Source: Minisyncoccota bacterium
Lineage (GTDB): Bacteria > Patescibacteriota > Minisyncoccia > Phycocordibacterales > JAACPR01
Length of the DNA: 64,000 nucleotides
Assembly (NCBI GenBank): GCA_041674225.1
Contig: JBAYWG010000001.1
Span: forward strand, 254,667 to 318,666
Direction of reading: 5' to 3'
Each line of letters begins with the position of its first letter. The stretch's first letter is position 1. The position numbers and the translations under genes were made by a program. This document shows positions 58,365 through 64,000 of the stretch, piece after piece. The notes under the pieces were generated by a model. It was not told where the DNA came from, did no database searches, and saw only the letters and a list, made by a program, of their open reading frames with translations.

Positions 58365-60908
58365 CTACTGACAACTATCACAAACAAATCTTTCTTGTGG
58401 ATCTACTGGACCGTCATTCTTTTTTGCGATTACTGGTTCATGTGTTTTTACCTCAGTCGATGAAGGCACAGCTTCTGCTGTCACTTCTTCTGGTACAAAA
58501 GATGTTGCGGCCATTTTTGCTTTCATTGCTCCGAATCCTGTCTTTCCCATTGTCACAGCTTTGTTCACTTTCACCGTAGATTGCTCTGCAGTGTGTCGAG
58601 GTTCCATGTGTAGGTAGTATGTTGTCTTCACACCCTTATCCCAAGCTGTTGAATAAATTTTCATAATCTCTTCATTGTCTCGTGTTCGAAGATACATGTT
58701 TCTAGAAAGTGCTTGATCTACCCATTTTTGTGCACGCGCTGCGATTTCGATAAATGCATAAGGAGAAGTTGTGAAAGATGTTTTGTAAATATCTTTTAGG
58801 TCTTGTGGCATTTCCTCGATTTTTTCTATATCTCCTTGAGTTTCAAAAATACGAGTTCGTAGTTTGTCCCAAAGTCCTCTTTCTTTAAGTGCATTCACCA
58901 AGTTCACGTTGATGTCCAAATATTTTCCTGAGATTTTATTTCGTGAAAACACTTGTGCGAATCTTGGGTCGATTCCAGGAACTGTTCCTCCGATAAGACC
59001 GATGTTTGCGTTTGGAGCAATTGCCATCAGTGTTGCGTTTCTCATTCCCTTCTTAACTTTCTCTCGAAGAATATTCCAATCCAATCCCCCATGCTTTGAA
59101 GATTTATCTACTGTCAAAGGAACTCCTCTTTCTTTTTCCAATTTTTCTAAAGTATCGATTGGCACTTTTCCTTTTGACCATTCAGATCCAGCGAAGTTCG
59201 CATAGCTTCCTCTAACTTGCGCAAGGTTGGCACTTTCATCTATCGCCATGTAGCTCACAAATTCAAATAGACTATCTGTAAAATCATAAGCTTCTTTGTG
59301 TTCATATGACCATCCCATTTTTTCAAACACATCTGCTAACCCCATCACCCCAAGTCCTACAGCTCTGTTGCTTCTGTCTGAATTTGTAGCTTCTTGCACT
59401 GGAAGTTGGTTGATATCAATCAAGTTGTCTAAATGTCTAATTGCAACTCGCACTGTGTTTTCTAGTTTTTGCCAATCAATTTCTTTTCCTTTGATGTGTT
59501 GAGAAATATTTAAAGAAGCCAAGTTACATACAGCGATATTGTCTTTGTCTTGTGGCAAACAAATTTCTGTACACAGGTTCGACATGTGAATTGTTCCAGT
59601 GTTGTTGTTTAGAGCCCGTAGGTTGATTGGGTCTTTGAAAGTAATCCAAGGGTGAGAAGTAGAAACAAGACTTGATGTGATTTGTCGAAATTGTTCTCGA
59701 GCAGGAACTTTTCTGTACATTCGCATTTTTCCAGATTCCGCCATAGCAATATATTCGTTGTATCTTCGTGAAAATGCTTCTCCATAAAGTTCATTCAAAT
59801 CAGGAACTTCTTTTGGATCAAATAAATACCATTGTTCCCCGTTTCTCACTCGCTTCATAAATTCATCAGAAATAAATGCAGCGGTGTCGGCTGTTCTAAA
59901 TCTCAAGTGATCATCTCCGTTGTTGAATCGTGCTTCAACGAATTCAGGAAAATCTAAGTGCCAGTTCTCCATATAAAAAGCTAATGCTCCCTTTTTCTTT
60001 CCTCCTCTTTGAATTGCGCGAATAGCAACATCGATAATTTTCAAAAATGGAATTGGACCTGATGAAACTGTGTTTGAAGAAGTTAGAGGAGAACCAGATG
60101 CTCGAAGTTTTGTAACAGATGCTCCGATACCAGCAGAACCTTTTGAAAGCATCATGATATCTGAAACAGATTTTGCAATGTGATCCATTGAATCGTGAAT
60201 TTCCAAAAGAATACAGTTTGAAAGTGCAGGCATTGATGTTCCTGAGTTTAAGTTTGTTGAACCTCCTGGAAGATACTCTAGTTTTGAAAGTTTTTCATAA
60301 AACTTTTTCGCTTGTTCGTTTGGATTTTCTTCATTGTATGAAAGTCCCATCGCAACTCGCATGAAAGTAAATTGTGGAGTCTCGATTGCTTTTTGGTTTT
60401 CTCCTTTCAAAGCGTATCGGTTTAATAATCCAGAAAGTCCAGCGTAGTTGAAAAGCTCATCTCGAGAAATATCTAAAGCTGTTGCCAAATCTGGTAGATC
60501 AAATTTCTCGATCATTCTTTTATCTAGAAGACCTCGGTCAGTCCATTGCTTTATGTGTTCAGGAAATCTTTTTTGATGAAGAATTTGTGGAGCTTCGTTG
60601 TCTAGTTTGTCGTAATCCCCTAGTACTCGAGCATAAATAGTTTTTAGGAGAATTCTTTTTGCAACAATATCGTAATTAGGGTCTTCTTGAATGTTTTGTA
60701 GAGCAGCATTGATGACAGCTTCGTCCAACTCATCCTCTGTAACACCATCGTACAAAGTAAGAGAAGTCTCTGTAGCCACTTGCATCACCATCTCCGTAGC
60801 ATTCGGTAAATCAGCACAAACTCTTTCAATCGCACGGTTAATTCTATCTGCGTTGAATGTGGCTTTTGTACCGTCGCGCTTTGTGACAGTGATCTCAAGT
60901 GGTGTCAT
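58365..60908 (-). CDS. nrdA: ribonucleotide reductase large subunit (class I R1) with N-terminal ATP-cone
   Basis: ATP-cone (VTKRDGTKATFNADRINRAIERV), active-site SNLCTEI, C-terminal Cys pair CDSC. Confidence 0.9.
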   Translation of the reverse strand: MTPLEITVTKRDGTKATFNADRINRAIERVCADLPNATEMVMQVATETSLTLYDGVTEDELDEAVINAALQNIQEDPNYDIVAKRILLKTIYARVLGDYDKLDNEAPQILHQKRFPEHIKQWTDRGLLDKRMIEKFDLPDLATALDISRDELFNYAGLSGLLNRYALKGENQKAIETPQFTFMRVAMGLSYNEENPNEQAKKFYEKLSKLEYLPGGSTNLNSGTSMPALSNCILLEIHDSMDHIAKSVSDIMMLSKGSAGIGASVTKLRASGSPLTSSNTVSSGPIPFLKIIDVAIRAIQRGGKKKGALAFYMENWHLDFPEFVEARFNNGDDHLRFRTADTAAFISDEFMKRVRNGEQWYLFDPKEVPDLNELYGEAFSRRYNEYIAMAESGKMRMYRKVPAREQFRQITSSLVSTSHPWITFKDPINLRALNNNTGTIHMSNLCTEICLPQDKDNIAVCNLASLNISQHIKGKEIDWQKLENTVRVAIRHLDNLIDINQLPVQEATNSDRSNRAVGLGVMGLADVFEKMGWSYEHKEAYDFTDSLFEFVSYMAIDESANLAQVRGSYANFAGSEWSKGKVPIDTLEKLEKERGVPLTVDKSSKHGGLDWNILREKVKKGMRNATLMAIAPNANIGLIGGTVPGIDPRFAQVFSRNKISGKYLDINVNLVNALKERGLWDKLRTRIFETQGDIEKIEEMPQDLKDIYKTSFTTSPYAFIEIAARAQKWVDQALSRNMYLRTRDNEEIMKIYSTAWDKGVKTTYYLHMEPRHTAEQSTVKVNKAVTMGKTGFGAMKAKMAATSFVPEEVTAEAVPSSTEVKTHEPVIAKKNDGPVDPQERFVCDSCQ

Positions 60909-61098
60909 ATTTTTATAAAATTATTTTCTATTAAAGTTAAAGACATTATAGCTTGTTTAAGAGAAAAAAACCTAACTAAAATTTTCCTAAAAATATAATA
61001 GACTGTGGATAATAAAAATAAGAAAATTGACACAGTAAATTGACAAGAGCATTGCAAGACTTGGGTAAGTATGATAAAAATGACTAACTAGAAAAAAC

Positions 61099-61215
61099 GC
61101 AAAAAACCATGAAAGTTAAGTCATCAATCAAAAAAGAAAAGCCAGGAGATCAATTGGTTCGACGCCGAGGGCGACTTTATAGAATCAATAAGCTAAATCC
61201 TCGTCGAAAAGCGCG
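61099..61215 (+). CDS. rpmJ: 50S ribosomal protein L36, zinc-independent (YkgO-like) type
   Basis: 38-aa [41 protein letters not shown]; Cys-less L36 paralog pattern; below the ORF-track cutoff. Confidence 0.7.
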
Positions 61216-61345
61216 TCAGCGATAATCCTTTCGCTTTATACCCTCCTCGAAAGGTTAGTTAAATAGAGCCAATATACCTAAAAAAGCGAGTACCGTGATT
61301 ATTATTCTTGTTCTTGATGACATATTTTTATTTTAAATTAGAATC

Positions 61346-61903
61346 TTAAATTCCAGGACATTTAGCGAATTCGCAATTTGGACCTTGTCTTCCGACATAA
61401 GTCACACCATCAGGACACATCATTGCTTCCATTGTACAGGCTACAGGAGATATAGGAGGATTTGATGGAGTAGTCGGAGTGGGTTGAGTAGGAGTTGAGG
61501 GTGTCACAACAAAACCATCATTAAGCCAGTTTTGCATCATTTTTATTTCTGAAGTTTGAGCGTCAATAATATCTTGAGCGAGATTAATCAATTTAGCTTC
61601 TTTTGATTGAACCAAAACCATTCGTGCCATTTCCACAGCTCCTTCGTGGTGAATAATCATTTGTTCTAAAAATTCCCTATCGAATTCTGCACCCATCTTT
61701 CCTTCAAGAGAAGCTGTCATACTGTGCATCATTTCATCCATGTTTGAAGCTCCAGATTTGTGATCATTGTGCATCATTGTGCCGTCTGGCATTTGATGCA
61801 TTTTTGAATTACTTTTGAAATCACCTCCCCCGATAAAATGACCAACAAAAATACCCACCACTAATCCTGTAATTAAAAATACTACTTTTTGATTTTTTTC
61901 CAT
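61346..61903 (-). CDS. DUF305 (ferritin-like, copper-tolerance associated) protein with Cys-rich C-terminal tail
   Basis: FDREFLEQMIIHHEGAVEMARMVL (DUF305 HH motif); N-terminal TM; C-terminal CTMEAMMCPDG...CEFAKCPG; start moved to MEKNQK because the promoter TTGGAA-17-TGcTATAAT lies inside the longer ORF. Confidence 0.7.
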   Translation of the reverse strand: MEKNQKVVFLITGLVVGIFVGHFIGGGDFKSNSKMHQMPDGTMMHNDHKSGASNMDEMMHSMTASLEGKMGAEFDREFLEQMIIHHEGAVEMARMVLVQSKEAKLINLAQDIIDAQTSEIKMMQNWLNDGFVVTPSTPTQPTPTTPSNPPISPVACTMEAMMCPDGVTYVGRQGPNCEFAKCPGI

Positions 61904-61996
61904 TAACCTATTATAGCAAAAATCTCCTATTTCATATTCCAAAGTTTGGTAGCAAAAAATATTGTTTTTGCTATGATGCGATAAAAGTCCTTAATT

Positions 61997-62263
61997 ATGA
62001 ATAAACTGCAAAAAATAAAACTTGGTTGGTGGTTTTTTTGGTTCGACTTGAAATGCGGAACGGCAAACATCAGACGCAGAATTTGGAATAAAAGAATTCT
62101 GCTCTGGTGGTACCGGCTGTGGATCAGGAAAGATGAATTTCATAAATCTCTAAGTAGTGATTTTTCGGCCAAACTGGTCATGACTGAAGAAGAACGTGAT
62201 GAATACGACAAGGATCTATGTCGTCGCAGAAGAATCGCACACGACCGAGACAACCAAAGATGA
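61997..62263 (+). CDS. hypothetical Trp/Arg-rich small protein (88 aa)
   Basis: ORF followed by the terminator at 62272-62300. Confidence 0.35.
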   Translation: MNKLQKIKLGWWFFWFDLKCGTANIRRRIWNKRILLWWYRLWIRKDEFHKSLSSDFSAKLVMTEEERDEYDKDLCRRRRIAHDRDNQR

Positions 62264-62271
62264 GATAAATA

Positions 62272-62300
62272 AAATCACCCCTAACATAAGGGGTGATTTT
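62272..62300 (+). terminator. rho-independent terminator (tcacccct-aacataa-ggggtga plus T-run)
   Basis: 8-bp stem with T6. Confidence 0.6.
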
Positions 62301-62317
62301 TTCTTTCACAAATTTTG

Positions 62318-62389
62318 GGCGCCCAGAGGGAATTGAACCCTCGTAACCAGATCCACAGACTGGGGCTTTACCACTAAGCTATGAGCGCC
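62318..62389 (-). tRNA. tRNA-His (anticodon GUG) with genome-encoded G-1
   Basis: Reverse-complement cloverleaf: G-1, acceptor GCGCUCA/UGGGCGC, D-arm GCUU-AGUGGUA-AAGC, anticodon loop CUGUGGA, T-arm GAGGG-UUCAAUU-CCCUC, discriminator C; CCA not encoded. Confidence 0.85.
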
Positions 62390-62419
62390 ATGAGTGCTAC
62401 AAAATTATAGCAGAATAAT

Positions 62420-62953
62420 TTAGTTTTCTTCCTTCTTGTCTTCGGCAACCTCTTCTGAAACTTCCTCTACTGTCTCCTCAGGAGTTTCAGAAACCTCTTC
62501 ATTCATCTCAGCTTCAGCTAATTTGATTTCTTCTGGAGTTAGTTCTTCGTTCTCAGGTATTTCTGGCATATCTAGATCTTCTCCTTTTGCAGAGTCATCA
62601 ATATTAACAAACATCATTTTCATTCTCTTAGAAATTTGTTTAATAGCTTTTCTTCGGATGTAATAAAGTTTGCTTCGTCGTACTTTTGATCTCTTTACTA
62701 TTTCGATTTTATCAATCATTGGAGAGTATAGTGGGAAGATTTTTTCTACTCCGTATCCACCTGTTGAGCGACGTACTGTAAAAGTAGCGCCTGCTGTTGT
62801 ACCGTGCTTTCGAGCTAGAACTAAACCTTCAAAAATCTGGATTCGAGTCTTTCCTTTTTCTTCAATTTTTTGAGAAACGCGAACAGTATCTCCGGCTCTT
62901 AAGTCCAAAGTTCGTCGTGCTTCTATGTTTACTGGTGATATTACTCTATTCAT
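62420..62953 (-). CDS. rplS: 50S ribosomal protein L19 with acidic C-terminal extension
   Basis: [44 protein letters not shown]...[21 protein letters not shown]. Confidence 0.9.
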   Translation of the reverse strand: MNRVISPVNIEARRTLDLRAGDTVRVSQKIEEKGKTRIQIFEGLVLARKHGTTAGATFTVRRSTGGYGVEKIFPLYSPMIDKIEIVKRSKVRRSKLYYIRRKAIKQISKRMKMMFVNIDDSAKGEDLDMPEIPENEELTPEEIKLAEAEMNEEVSETPEETVEEVSEEVAEDKKEEN

Positions 62954-62989
62954 ATGTCGGGGTACTTTAACACAAAGGTTTTATACGAG

Positions 62990-63040
62990 CAAGATGTTTG
63001 AAAAGAAAAAGAGCCTAGCGAACATTGTCCGCCAGGCTCC
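62990..63040. terminator. terminator-like hairpin with flanking A/T runs (gagcct...aggctc)
   Basis: aaaaagagcctagcgaacattgtccgccaggctcccgtttttt. Confidence 0.4.
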
Positions 63041-63359
63041 CGTTTTTTGGCCCGCACAAGGTAGCCGAATGCTAGGGCGATTAACCCTAACACCTGTCAC
63101 CACACACAACTGGATGCGAGTGACATAATAATTTGGATCACTCTCCTTTCTACCAGCTCTTCGCTGATGGTTCAAAATCGACACAGAATCGATTTCGAGA
63201 TTATTTCAGCCTCGATTACTCTTCGAGACAAAACCACGGACAGCCTGCAATCTTGCAAAGAGAACGTCTCTTCTAGGATAACAATGTCCCCAGACCCTAA
63301 ATTTTCTTATTCTGATTGATCAACCTCCTTTCCGACTTTCAATTTACCAATTTTAAATA

Positions 63360-64000
63360 TTAATGTAAACACTTTAAAGCATTCTCGAAATCTTCCGGAA
63401 AGTCGGCTGTAATAGTTTTTCTTTCACCATCGCAATCATAAAAAGAAATCTCGCGCGCGTGCAGAGCAAGTCGATTAAAACCTAAAAGACAATCACGATT
63501 CGGAGCATACAAAGAATCACAAACGATTGGTTTTTCAATTGCTTTTAGATGCACGCGGATTTGATGTGTTCTACCAGTTTTGGGTTCGGCTTCAATGTAT
63601 GTAAAAATTTCACCTTTATAATTTCCGCGATTTAAAACTCGAACCAAAGTCAGAGCATCACGCATCTGCCCTCTAGAATCACGGAGAGATGTCCATTTTC
63701 TAATATCTTTTGAAGATCTCCCTATCGGCTTGTCTATAATAGTTATTTCTTCTTTTATATTTCCATAAATAAAAGCGTGATAATTTTTTTGAATAATTCT
63801 GTCTTGAAATTGTTGTTTCAGGTTTTCAAATCCTTTTGTTGTGCGAGCAATCAACATCACTCCTGAAGTGTCTTTATCCAAACGATGAACAATTCCAGGT
63901 CTCAATATATTTATTTTTTCAGAAACAATCGGCTCCCCTACATCTTTCGCTTCTGGATATTTTTCCAAAATCCAATCAACCAAAGTTCTGTTGTCATTTT
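63360..64000 (-). CDS. RluA-family pseudouridine synthase, N-terminus beyond window end
   Basis: HRLDKDTSGVMLIARTTKGFENLKQQF (HRLD-DTSG catalytic motif); the reading frame stays open to the window edge. Confidence 0.75.
   Translation of the reverse strand, partial: NDNRTLVDWILEKYPEAKDVGEPIVSEKINILRPGIVHRLDKDTSGVMLIARTTKGFENLKQQFQDRIIQKNYHAFIYGNIKEEITIIDKPIGRSSKDIRKWTSLRDSRGQMRDALTLVRVLNRGNYKGEIFTYIEAEPKTGRTHQIRVHLKAIEKPIVCDSLYAPNRDCLLGFNRLALHAREISFYDCDGERKTITADFPEDFENALKCLH

Noticed and set aside
50180-62263. Relationship between the two Trp-rich small plus-strand ORFs (50180-50398 with WFWFKGW, 61997-62263 with GWWFFWF)
   Set aside because: The similarity is limited to a short Trp/Phe cluster and is likely coincidental; both are kept only as low-confidence CDS.
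20890-63359. tmRNA, RNase P RNA, SRP RNA or 6S RNA in the ORF-free regions (20890-21273, 27125-27285, 63040-63359)
   Set aside because: Conserved signatures (GGAAAGUCCGG / ACAGAAxCCGGCUUA for RNase P, tRNA-like ends and GGUUCGAUUCC for tmRNA, GGAAGCAGC domain IV for SRP) were not found by eye; the regions are reported only as unexplained.

Overview
A low-GC (about one third G+C) bacterial segment that looks like a reduced, Patescibacteria/CPR-like genome, with almost all genes on the minus strand. Main contents: (1) a partial FtsW/RodA gene and an unlinked 23S-5S rRNA pair with no 16S or spacer tRNAs; the 23S carries two ORF-less insertions at the classical group I intron sites L2593 (the I-CreI homing site) and L1931. 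(2) A ~9.5 kb glycan-biosynthesis cluster (two GT2, a GT11 alpha-1,2-fucosyltransferase, WecB, two GT4, a GT-A, two methyltransferases, a Wzx flippase); one GT4 is split at an A7 homopolymer. (3) A ~350 bp GC-rich mini-gene with foreign codon usage, its own consensus sigma70 promoter and terminator. (4) A block of surface proteins: a lamin-tail-domain protein, an acidic protein with an N-terminal PG_binding_1-like domain, and a 1148-aa BNR-repeat protein with a C-terminal PG_binding_1-like domain. (5) Housekeeping genes: ftsK, recA, efp, rpsF-ssb-rpsR, tatD, metG, glyQS, recO, ileS, argS, rplK-nusG-secE, rplS, rpmJ, tRNA-His. (6) A dense dNTP/thymidylate supercluster (tmk, dut, glyA, dCMP deaminase, thyA, folA, dcd, folD, nrdAB). 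Most notable non-annotated signals: a family of three intergenic extended hairpins with a conserved core and compensatory flanking stems, a ~180-aa histidine-phosphatase-like domain inserted in IleRS, the two 23S introns, and the GC-rich mini-gene. Start codons were adjusted relative to the ORF track where homology indicated an internal start. No CRISPR arrays, transposases or integrases were seen.
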